Shown here: positions 45,334 to 53,337 of the stretch, one piece after another | Position numbering within the stretch: the first letter of the stretch is position 1 | Layout: each line of letters opens with the position of its first letter | Assembly (NCBI GenBank): GCA_035543235.1 | Contig: DATKJV010000047.1 | Location: forward strand, 14,298 to 78,297 | Reading direction: 5' to 3' | Source of the DNA: Anaeromyxobacteraceae bacterium | GTDB taxonomy: Bacteria; Myxococcota; Myxococcia; Myxococcales; Anaeromyxobacteraceae | DNA: 64,000 nucleotides | The notes under the pieces: model-generated | What the model saw: only the letters and a program-made list of their open reading frames with translations | The model's database searches: none | What the model was told of the DNA's origin: nothing | Made by a program: the position numbers and the translations under genes

Positions 45334-47313
45334 TCACCACCAGACGAAACGCCAGGCGAGCAGCGCGACGAGCGCCGCCACGACGAGGACGGCGTAGAAG
45401 TGGACGCGCCCCGGAAAGAGGCCCCGCACCTTCCCCGCCGCCGCCTCGCAGGCGTGGGCGGCGGGGACGATGGCGCGGTCGAGGACGACGTCCGGCACCT
45501 CCGTCGCGAACCGGGCCGAGCGCGGGAAGAGGCCGCGCGGCTGTGCGAGTTCGACCTTCGCGAGGAGCACGAACCGGAAGCCGTCGACGAGGAACTGCGC
45601 GAAGGAGGACCCCGTGTACTCCATCCGCGCCGTGGGAGCGGCGAAGCCGCAGCCCCAGGTCTCGGAGGCCGCGGCGCTTCGCACGAGCCGCGCCCGGATC
45701 CAGGCGAGCGCGCCGGCGGCGAGGAGCAGCGCCGCGGCGACGACGCCCACCCGCCGCGCCGCGCCCGCGGCGTCCGCGGCGGCCGCGTGGGCGGCCGGGA
45801 GCCCTGCCCAGTCGAAGGCCGCCCGGGCGATGGCCGGCAGCGCGAGGGAGGGTCCAAGGCCGATGGCCAGGCAGGCCGCGGCGAGGAGCGCCATCGGGAG
45901 CAGCATCGCCGCGGGGGACTCGTGGGCGCCCGTGGCCTCCGCCGTGCGCGGGTTCCCGAGAAAGGCCGTCCCGTGGACCTTGGCGAAGCATGCGGCGGCG
46001 AGGCCGCCGATGAAGGCGAGGATCGGGGCCGCGAGCGCGACGTAGGCGAGCCGGTCGCCGCGGGGCAGGGCGAGGCCGGCGAGGGAACCCAGCGCGACGA
46101 GCCACTCCGAGACGAAGCCGTTCAGGGGAGGCAGCCCGCTGATGGCCGCCGCTCCCACGAGGAAGAAGAGCGCCGTGAAGGGCATCGGGCGCGCGAGGCC
46201 TCCCATGCGCTCGATGTCTCGCGTGCCGGTGGCGCGCTGGACCGACCCGGCCCCGAAGAAAAGGAGGGACTTGAAGAGCGCGTGGTTCACGACGTGCAGG
46301 AGCGCTCCCCCGAGGCCCAGGGTCACGAGAACGGCGTCGCCGCGCGCCCGGCCCACCAGCGCGACGCCGGCCCCCATGGCGATGATCCCGATGTTCTCGA
46401 CGGAGTGGTAGGCGAGAAGACGCTTCACGTCGTGCTGGGCCAGCGCGATCGCGACCCCCAGGACCCCCGAGACCGCGCCGAGGGCGAGGAGCACGAGGCC
46501 CCAGGACGCGGGCGGGGCGTCGAAGAACCCCGTGGTGCGCAGCAGCCCGTAGATCCCGGTCTTGAGAAGCACCCCCGACATGAGCGCCGACACGTGGCTG
46601 GGGGCGGCCGCGTGCGCGCCGGGGAGCCAGAAGTGCAGGGGGACGAGGCCGGCCTTGAGGCCGAAGGCCACGAGCGCCAGCGCGTACAGCCCCCCGCCCC
46701 CCGCCGCGGGCAGCCCCCGCCAGTCGGCGAAGTCGAAGGAGCCGCGGGCGCCCCCCACCGCGCAGAAGAGAGCGAAGAGCGCGAAGGTCCCGACGTGCGC
46801 GGCGGCGAGGTACACCCATCCAGCGCGGAGCGCCTCCGGCCTCTGATCCTCGGTGCGCACGAGAGCGAAGCCGGCGACCGCCATGACCTCCCAGGCGGCC
46901 AGGAAGAGGAGCGCGTTGTCGGCGACCACGACGAGGGCCATTGCGCCGGTGATGACGCCGAAGAAGAGCTGTAGCCGCACGGCCTTCCAGCCGAGCTTCG
47001 CCTGGGGCCAGTAGGCGAGTCCGTAGACGGATCCGAGCGCGGGAAGCGCGAGGACCGGGACGAGGAACACGGCGCCCAGCGCATCCAGGCGAAGCGCGAA
47101 GGAGGCGAGCGGCTCGTGCCACGGGAGCCGGATGGCGAAGCCGCCCGCTCCCGCGAGCACGCGTGCGCTCGCGGCGCCGCCGAGCGCCGCCGCCGCGCAC
47201 ATCGCGGCACACGAGAGCCTCTGGCCGAGCACCGGTCGGCCCCGGAGGACGAGGCCGAAGAGGCCGCTCCCGGACGCGAGCGCCATCGCCCAGACCACGA
47301 GCGCGGGGGTCAC
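45334..47313 (-). CDS. HyfB/HycC/NuoL-like antiporter-type membrane subunit (copy 2)
   Basis: GTG start (VTPALVVWAMALAS...) overlaps the upstream TGA (GTGA), inside ORF 45334..49398. 'FLAAWEVMAV', 'GLKAGLVPLHFWLPGAHAAAPSHVSALMSGVLLKTGIYG', 'KRLLAYHSVENIG' and the C-terminal 'ETWGCGF..PTARMEYT' extension. Confidence 0.85.
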   Translation of the reverse strand: MTPALVVWAMALASGSGLFGLVLRGRPVLGQRLSCAAMCAAAALGGAASARVLAGAGGFAIRLPWHEPLASFALRLDALGAVFLVPVLALPALGSVYGLAYWPQAKLGWKAVRLQLFFGVITGAMALVVVADNALLFLAAWEVMAVAGFALVRTEDQRPEALRAGWVYLAAAHVGTFALFALFCAVGGARGSFDFADWRGLPAAGGGGLYALALVAFGLKAGLVPLHFWLPGAHAAAPSHVSALMSGVLLKTGIYGLLRTTGFFDAPPASWGLVLLALGAVSGVLGVAIALAQHDVKRLLAYHSVENIGIIAMGAGVALVGRARGDAVLVTLGLGGALLHVVNHALFKSLLFFGAGSVQRATGTRDIERMGGLARPMPFTALFFLVGAAAISGLPPLNGFVSEWLVALGSLAGLALPRGDRLAYVALAAPILAFIGGLAAACFAKVHGTAFLGNPRTAEATGAHESPAAMLLPMALLAAACLAIGLGPSLALPAIARAAFDWAGLPAAHAAAADAAGAARRVGVVAAALLLAAGALAWIRARLVRSAAASETWGCGFAAPTARMEYTGSSFAQFLVDGFRFVLLAKVELAQPRGLFPRSARFATEVPDVVLDRAIVPAAHACEAAAGKVRGLFPGRVHFYAVLVVAALVALLAWRFVWW

Positions 47314-49304
47314 CGCATCCTCCCGGCGATCACCATGGCCGCGAGGAGCGCGAGGAGCGTCGCGAGCGTGTAGAGCAGCTGGAGGTTGAGCCTCCCCGCC
47401 TGGAAGCGTCGCAGCCGGCTCATCCGGTCCGCGAGCCCCCGGAAGAGAGGGTCGAAGAGCCGCGTCCGCGCCGGATCCTGGGGCTCGGTGCGGAACGAGC
47501 TCGTTCGCGGGAAGAGCCCGTGCGGAGGGGCGAAGCGCGTCCGGGGTTGCAGGGACCGGGGGACGAGGCCCGCGAGCAGGAACTGTGCGTACGACGAGGC
47601 CGTGTACTCCATGCGCGGCGTGGGCTCGCCGAAGCCGCAGCCCCAGGTCTCGGCGCGGCGCACATTGCGGGAGCGGACGGCGCGGCGCGCCACCGCGGCC
47701 GCCGCGAGCGCGGCCGCGAGAAGCGCGAGCCCCATCCCGCGCAGCGGCCCCGCCGCGGAGGCGGCGACGTCCGCGAGGGCGGCGGTGGGCGCCCCGGCCA
47801 CCTGGGCCGCCGCCGGCGCGACCAGGCGAAGGACCGGTCCGGGGAGGACTCCGACGAGAACGCAGGCCGCGGCGAGCGCGAGGAGCGGGCCGAAGAGGAG
47901 CGCGGACGGCTCGCGAGCCGCGGCGGCCGCCCCGGTGCGCGGTGCACCGAGGAGCGACATGCCCGCGAGCCGGGTGAAGGCGATCGCCGCGAGCGCGCCG
48001 ACGAGCGCCAGGACGGAGGCGCCGAGGAGGGCGACGAGCGAGCCGACGCCCTGGCTCGCGGTCGCGCCGTCGAAGAGGCCGAGGTAGAGGAGCCACTCGG
48101 AGGCGAAGCCCGCGAGCGGAGGCATCGCCGAGAGCGCGGCGGCCCCGACGAGGAACGCGGTGCCCGTGAGCGGCAGGCGGGCGAGGAGCCCTCCCATCCG
48201 CTCCACGTCCCGGGTGTGGACCTCGTGAGCCAGGGCGCCCCCGCCCATGAAGGCGAGCGACTTCATCAGGGCGTGCGTCCAGACGTGGAAGAGCGCGCCT
48301 CCGAAGCCCAGGGCGGCGACGCGCGGCTCGCCCGCGGCACTGCCGATCACGCCCAGCCCGAGGCCGAGGAAGACGATGCCTACGTTCTCCACGCTCGAGT
48401 ACGCGAGCGCTCGCTTCACGTCCGCCTGGCCGAGCGCGAGCGTGATCGCGACGAGCGCGCTCGCGAGCCCGACGGCGGCGAGGACGAGCCCGAATCCCAC
48501 GGGGGCGGCGGGCACGAAGCCGAGCAGGCGGAGCACGCCGTAGACCCCGGTCTTGATCATGACCGCGGAGAGCAGCGCGGACACGTGGCTCGGCGCCGCC
48601 GGGTGGGCCTCCGGCAGCCAGACGTGGAGGGGCACGAGGCCCGCCTTGGTGCCGAAGCCGACCAGCCCGAGCGCGAAGAGGAGCGCGGGCGCCCGCACGC
48701 CGTCGCGCAGCGCCTCGAAGCGGCCGAAGTCGAACCCGCCGGCGCCCGAGGCGAGGAGCACGAAGAGCGCGAAGAGGAAGGCCGTCCCGAGGTGAGACGC
48801 CACGAGGAACGTGTAGCCCGCGCTGCGGACGTCGGCGTGCTCGTCCTCGAAGGTGACGAGCGCGAACGTGGCGACGGTCATGACCTCCCAGGCCACGAGG
48901 AAGAGCACCCCGTCCGCCGCCGCGAAGACGAGCGCGATAGACGCGACGAGCAGGTCGAAGAAGGCGGCGAATGCCGCGAGCGATCGCCGGGACGCGACGC
49001 GGCCCATGTAGCCCGCGCCGTAGATGGAGGCGGGAACCGCGAGTGCGAAGAGCGGGGTGAGAAAGAAGGCCGCGAGCGGGTCGAGCCGCAGGTGGAAGGC
49101 GCCGGCCGGCACCCCCCAGGCGAGCGAGAGCTCGGCGGCCGGGGCGCCGAGGAGGACCGGGACCACGCCGGCGAGCCCCGTGGCCCCGCCCAGGCAGGCG
49201 GCGCCCGAGGAGATCGCCAGCGCGAGGCGCCGCCGCCTGCCGGCAGCGAGCGCCGCGATGGCGCCCGCGAGCAGGATGCCGATGGCGCCGAGGAGCAGCC
49301 TCAA
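47310..49304 (-). CDS. HyfB/HycC/NuoL-like antiporter-type membrane subunit (copy 1)
   Basis: Inside ORF 47310..50066. There is no ATG near the N-terminus. A TTG (LRLLLGAIGILLAG...) overlapping the upstream TGA (TTGA) is the most plausible start. 'FLVAWEVMTV', 'GTKAGLVPLHVWLPEAHPAAPSHVSALLSAVMIKTGVYG', 'KRALAYSSVENVG' and 'ETWGCGFGEPTPRMEYT'. Confidence 0.8.
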   Translation of the reverse strand: MRLLLGAIGILLAGAIAALAAGRRRRLALAISSGAACLGGATGLAGVVPVLLGAPAAELSLAWGVPAGAFHLRLDPLAAFFLTPLFALAVPASIYGAGYMGRVASRRSLAAFAAFFDLLVASIALVFAAADGVLFLVAWEVMTVATFALVTFEDEHADVRSAGYTFLVASHLGTAFLFALFVLLASGAGGFDFGRFEALRDGVRAPALLFALGLVGFGTKAGLVPLHVWLPEAHPAAPSHVSALLSAVMIKTGVYGVLRLLGFVPAAPVGFGLVLAAVGLASALVAITLALGQADVKRALAYSSVENVGIVFLGLGLGVIGSAAGEPRVAALGFGGALFHVWTHALMKSLAFMGGGALAHEVHTRDVERMGGLLARLPLTGTAFLVGAAALSAMPPLAGFASEWLLYLGLFDGATASQGVGSLVALLGASVLALVGALAAIAFTRLAGMSLLGAPRTGAAAAAREPSALLFGPLLALAAACVLVGVLPGPVLRLVAPAAAQVAGAPTAALADVAASAAGPLRGMGLALLAAALAAAAVARRAVRSRNVRRAETWGCGFGEPTPRMEYTASSYAQFLLAGLVPRSLQPRTRFAPPHGLFPRTSSFRTEPQDPARTRLFDPLFRGLADRMSRLRRFQAGRLNLQLLYTLATLLALLAAMVIAGRMR

Positions 49305-50014
49305 GCGCCGTCTCTCCTCGCAAGTCCCGCGGCCCGCTGCTCGGCGAGCGTCCGCTCGATGCGCTCGATCTCCGCGAGGATGTCTTCGGACGGTGCACGC
49401 TCGCGGAGCTTCTCCACCAATCCCGGCTCCCGCAGCGCCGTCGCGAGGGAGGCGAGCAGGTGGAGGTGGGCGCGCGTCGACGGGCTGATGAGGAGGCAGA
49501 GGGTGTGGACCGGCAGCCCCTCCGCTTCCCCGAAGTCGAAGGGCTCGTCGAGCAGGAAGACCGCGACCGCCGGCCGGTCGACGCGCAGGACGATCGGGTC
49601 GCGGGGGTGGGGGATGGCGATCCCGTTGCCGAGGGAGGTCGAGCCGAGCCGCTCCCGCGCGAGAAGCATCCCGAGGAGGAAGCCCCGGTCGAATTCGGGT
49701 GGCGCGGGGGCGCGCTCCACCACTTGCCGTAGGACCTCGGTCTTGTCGGTTCCGCGGATGCCGCGGTGGATGCCGCCCGCGCGAACCGCCTCGGAGAGCG
49801 GCGGAAGCCCCTTGGGGACGAGGCCCGGATCCTCCAAGATCTCGGCGGACACCGGGATCTTGTGCTGTGCGGCCCACTCGAGGAGCTCCACGCGGTTGAA
49901 GCGGTACCGGTCGTCGACCTCCTCCGCGGGGAGCTCGCCCCGCCTCACCCAACGCTCGAGCACTTGCTCGGTGACACCGAGGAGCCGGGCTGCGTCGCGA
50001 ACGGTCAGTTGCAT
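49301..50014 (-). CDS. HTH (excisionase/MerR-like) + PTS EIIA(Ntr/fructose)-type domain regulator
   Basis: ATG (MQLTVRDAARLLGVTEQVLERWVRRGELPA...) inside ORF 49301..51757; 237 aa. EIIA_2 signature 'RERLGSTSLGNGIAIPHPRD', which includes the phosphorylatable His, plus 'LPVHTLCLLISP...HLHLLASLA'. Confidence 0.85.
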   Translation of the reverse strand: MQLTVRDAARLLGVTEQVLERWVRRGELPAEEVDDRYRFNRVELLEWAAQHKIPVSAEILEDPGLVPKGLPPLSEAVRAGGIHRGIRGTDKTEVLRQVVERAPAPPEFDRGFLLGMLLARERLGSTSLGNGIAIPHPRDPIVLRVDRPAVAVFLLDEPFDFGEAEGLPVHTLCLLISPSTRAHLHLLASLATALREPGLVEKLRERAPSEDILAEIERIERTLAEQRAAGLARRDGA

Positions 50015-50079
50015 CCAGAGGAGGTCCCGAGACCTCCCCTGTACGGCAAACGAGACGGGGCCGCAAGTCGAGCGACGAT

Positions 50080-51669
50080 CTAGAGATCGCTCAGCGGACC
50101 GACCACCTCGAGCACGTCCACCGTGCCGGTTCGGCCCCGCAACGCCCGCGGGCCGAGCTCCTGGAAAGCGAACGCCTCCCGGGCGCGGTCGGAGGTCTCC
50201 CGGGCGACGAGCACGGTGCCGGGCTCGGCCGTCGACTCCAGGCGCGCTGCGATGTTCACGGCGTCCCCGAGCACCGTGAACTCGAGGCGATCCGGCGATC
50301 CGAAGTTTCCCGACACCACGCGGCCGGTGTTCACGCCAATCCGGATCGAGAAGCGCCGGTCCGCCGGGAAGCGCTTGTTCATCTCCTCCACGCGCTTGAG
50401 CATCTTCCAGGCGCAGCGCACGGCGCGGACTGCGCCGTCGGCTAGCGGCACGGGCGCCCCGAACACCGCCATGAGGCCGTCTCCGATGAACTTGTCGAGG
50501 GTGCCCTTCTCCTCGAAGATCGCCTCGGTCATCGAGCGGAAGTAGTCCCGCAGGAGGGCCGCGAGCTCCATCGGCGGAAGCCTCTCGGTGAGCCCCGTGA
50601 ACCCCTGGACGTCCGAGAAGAGGACCGTCACGTCCTCGCGCACCTGGGCGTCGAGGGGGTCGCGGTCCTGCTGCTCCTGCGAGAGGATCATGCTCGCCAC
50701 GTCGGGCGAGAAGTGGCGGAGCAGCTTCTTGCGCTGCTGCTCCATCGCGACCGCGCGCTCGAGGAAGCGCGCCCGCTCGATGGCGAGCGCGGTCTGGTAG
50801 CCGACGACGGTCGTGAGCTCGAGGTCGTCGGCGGTGAAGGGGTCGACGAAGCCGCGATCGAGGACGAGCATGCCCAGGATCCGGTTGTCCGCCCAGATGG
50901 GCACGCACAGGCAGGAGCGGATGCCCTGGGCGATGACGGACTGGCTCGCCGCGAACCGCAGGTCCTGCTGGGCGTCGATCGTGAGAAGGCCGGCACGGCT
51001 CTTCGCGGCGGTGGCGACCACGGTCTCGGAGAAGCGGGGCGCCGAACCCGGGGGGTCGCTCGCCCGCACCACCATCCGTCCCTGCTCGTCCATCAGGAGG
51101 AGCGACGACCGCTCGGCGCGCACCGCCGCGGCGACGGTGTGCAGAATCTTGGAGAGGCAGGTGTCGAGGTCCGGAGCGTCGATGAGGGCCTTGCCGATGT
51201 CGTTCAGGACCGCGATCTGGCGACGCGAGGCGGGGCCGCGCCCGGTCGTGCGCCGGCTGTTCGCGTCGGTGTCGCGCCTGGGCTCGACGTCGTGCGCCTG
51301 CTTCACCTCGTTCTGCAGGTCGGCGAGATAGCGCACGACGGTCCCGTGCTCGGAGAGCAACGGGGTGGGGGGCCGGGGGGTCCGGTCGTCCCGGAGGTCG
51401 ACGACGGTCTTCCCGAAGCGCAGCTTGGAGCCGGGCTGCAGCTGCGACTCGCGAACGCGCGTCTCGTTCACCCAGGTGCCGTTGCGGCTGTCGAGGTCGA
51501 CGAGCCAGAGCTGGTCGCCGCGGCGCTCGAACATGGCGTGCATGCTCGAGATCCACGGGTCGGCGATCTGCACCTGGCATTCGGCCGAGCGCCCGAGGAC
51601 CGTGGGCACGTCGGGCAGGAAGAAGACGGTCCCGCCGCAAATCCCGTTCTCGACGAACAGCTCTGCCAC
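50080..51669 (-). CDS. FHA - GAF - class III nucleotidyl (adenylate/guanylate) cyclase
   Basis: 529-aa ORF. FHA 'TVLGRSAECQVQIADPWISSMHAMFERRGDQLWLVDLDSRNGTWVNE'. Central GAF. Cyclase 'VTVLFSDVQGFTGLTE', 'KFIGDGLMAVFGAP', 'IGVNTGRVVSGNFG' and 'FTVLGDAVNIAARLE'. Confidence 0.9.
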   Translation of the reverse strand: MAELFVENGICGGTVFFLPDVPTVLGRSAECQVQIADPWISSMHAMFERRGDQLWLVDLDSRNGTWVNETRVRESQLQPGSKLRFGKTVVDLRDDRTPRPPTPLLSEHGTVVRYLADLQNEVKQAHDVEPRRDTDANSRRTTGRGPASRRQIAVLNDIGKALIDAPDLDTCLSKILHTVAAAVRAERSSLLLMDEQGRMVVRASDPPGSAPRFSETVVATAAKSRAGLLTIDAQQDLRFAASQSVIAQGIRSCLCVPIWADNRILGMLVLDRGFVDPFTADDLELTTVVGYQTALAIERARFLERAVAMEQQRKKLLRHFSPDVASMILSQEQQDRDPLDAQVREDVTVLFSDVQGFTGLTERLPPMELAALLRDYFRSMTEAIFEEKGTLDKFIGDGLMAVFGAPVPLADGAVRAVRCAWKMLKRVEEMNKRFPADRRFSIRIGVNTGRVVSGNFGSPDRLEFTVLGDAVNIAARLESTAEPGTVLVARETSDRAREAFAFQELGPRALRGRTGTVDVLEVVGPLSDL

Positions 51670-51741
51670 TCGGTCTCGGCCTCTCTTTGCCTGGGGGTTC
51701 CGGCCGCTTGTGGTAGCTTAAACCAAGAATCGCTCTCGCGT

Positions 51742-53313
51742 ATGCCCGTCTGCCCAACCTGCCGGACGCCCAGCGAGGAAGGCGTCCTCATCTGCCCGGT
51801 GGACGGCACGCCGCTCCCGCAGGGCGAGGGTCTCGTCGGCCAGACCCTCGCAGATCGCTACCGCATCCTGACCCGGATCGGCGAAGGCGGGATGGGCACC
51901 GTGTACCTGTGCGAGCACGTCGCCCTGGGGAAGCGGATGGCGGTGAAGGTGCTCCGCCCGGAATTCTCGCGCGACGAGGAGCTGCTGCGCCGCTTCCAGC
52001 ACGAGGCGCGCGCCGCCAGCCAGATCGGGCAGGAGAACATCATCGACGTCTTCGACTTCGGCCACACTGCCGAGGGCTCGGCGTACTTCGTGATGGAGGC
52101 GCTCGAAGGCGAGAGCCTCGCGCGCGTGATCAACCGCGAGGGGGCCCTGTCGCTCACCCGTGCGCTGCCGATCCTCATGCAGATCTGCCGCGCGCTGGGG
52201 GCGGCGCACCAGCGGGGCATCGTCCACCGGGACCTCAAGCCGGAGAACGTGTTCGTCGTTCGTCGCGAGGACGGAGCCGACTTCGTGAAGGTGCTCGACT
52301 TCGGCATCTCGAAGAGCGCGCTCGGTACCGAGGGGAAGCGCCTCACCCGCGCTGGCTCCATCATCGGGACGCCGGAGTACATGTCGCCGGAGCAGGCGTC
52401 GGCGACCACGGTGGACCACCGCTCGGACATCTACGCCTTCGGGGTCGTGGCCTACGAAGTGGTGACGGGGCGACTTCCCTTCCAGGGGGACACGCCGCTC
52501 GCGACCCTGCTGAAGCACCAGAGCGAGGCCCCGCTCTCCCCGCGGCGGCTCCGCGCGGACCTGCCCGTCGAGGTGGAGACGCTCATCATGCGTGCGCTCG
52601 TGAAGAAGCCGGAAGGGCGGCAGCAGAGCATGGCCGAGGTGGCCGCCGACCTCACGCGCGCGATGGCGGCCATAGACCTCGAGCCCTTGCACACCCCCAT
52701 CTTCGGCACCGCGCTCGCGCCACTCATGACGAACCAGGCTGGGAAGGCGGTGCCGCGGCGCTCGGGCTCGCGCGGGGGGACGCTTCCCATCCTGGACACG
52801 GATCCGAGCGTGACGCTGCGGGAGGTGCCCCGCATGACCCCGCACCCCTCGGCGGGGCGGGACGGGATGCAGCAAAACCACGAGATCGAGACCTGGCGCC
52901 GGCGCCGCACGCAGTCCCACGCGGCCGCCATCCTGGGGGCCGCCGCGCTCGCCATCGTCGCCGCCGCGCTCGCGGCGCTGACGCTCCGTCGGCCCGAGGG
53001 CACGCCACCCGCTCCGCCGAAGGCGGAGGCTCCGCCCGCGCAGGAGGCACAGATCCTCCCCGATCCCGCCGCGCCGGCCAGGGCGCAGGAGGCCGCGAAC
53101 GCGGCGGCGTCCCTGCCGCCCCCGCCGCCCGCCGCGGCTCCGGCGGCACCCGAGGCCCGGGGCGAGACCCCCGCCAAGGCGAAGCCGCCGGCGCGTGTGA
53201 GCAAGCGGAGGACATCGAAAGGTACGCCGGCGCCCAAGCGCGGGGTTCCCTCCGAGCAAGAGAGCGGCGACAATGCGGGTCAGTTGAACGATATCTTGGA
53301 CCCCTATCGCTGA
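51742..53313 (+). CDS. Ser/Thr protein kinase with N-terminal zinc ribbon and C-terminal TM + Pro/Ala-rich tail
   Basis: ATG inside ORF 50713..53313. 'CPTCRTPSEEGVLICPVDG', 'IGEGGMGTVYL', 'AVKVL', 'HRDLKPENVFV', 'DFGISK' and 'GTPEYMSPEQ'. TM helix 'AAILGAAALAIVAAALAALTL'. Confidence 0.9.
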   Translation: MPVCPTCRTPSEEGVLICPVDGTPLPQGEGLVGQTLADRYRILTRIGEGGMGTVYLCEHVALGKRMAVKVLRPEFSRDEELLRRFQHEARAASQIGQENIIDVFDFGHTAEGSAYFVMEALEGESLARVINREGALSLTRALPILMQICRALGAAHQRGIVHRDLKPENVFVVRREDGADFVKVLDFGISKSALGTEGKRLTRAGSIIGTPEYMSPEQASATTVDHRSDIYAFGVVAYEVVTGRLPFQGDTPLATLLKHQSEAPLSPRRLRADLPVEVETLIMRALVKKPEGRQQSMAEVAADLTRAMAAIDLEPLHTPIFGTALAPLMTNQAGKAVPRRSGSRGGTLPILDTDPSVTLREVPRMTPHPSAGRDGMQQNHEIETWRRRRTQSHAAAILGAAALAIVAAALAALTLRRPEGTPPAPPKAEAPPAQEAQILPDPAAPARAQEAANAAASLPPPPPAAAPAAPEARGETPAKAKPPARVSKRRTSKGTPAPKRGVPSEQESGDNAGQLNDILDPYR

Positions 53314-53337
53314 CCGTCGGTCGGCACCCGGAGCGAC

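Noticed and set aside
45334-50279. Reading 45334..49398 (1354 aa) and 47310..50066 (918 aa) as single giant proteins, and the antisense ORF 47163..50279
   Set aside because: The hydrophobic HyfB-like sequence begins only after internal GTG or TTG codons that overlap the preceding stop codons. The upstream portions are Arg-rich and overlap real genes, and the antisense ORF is junk.
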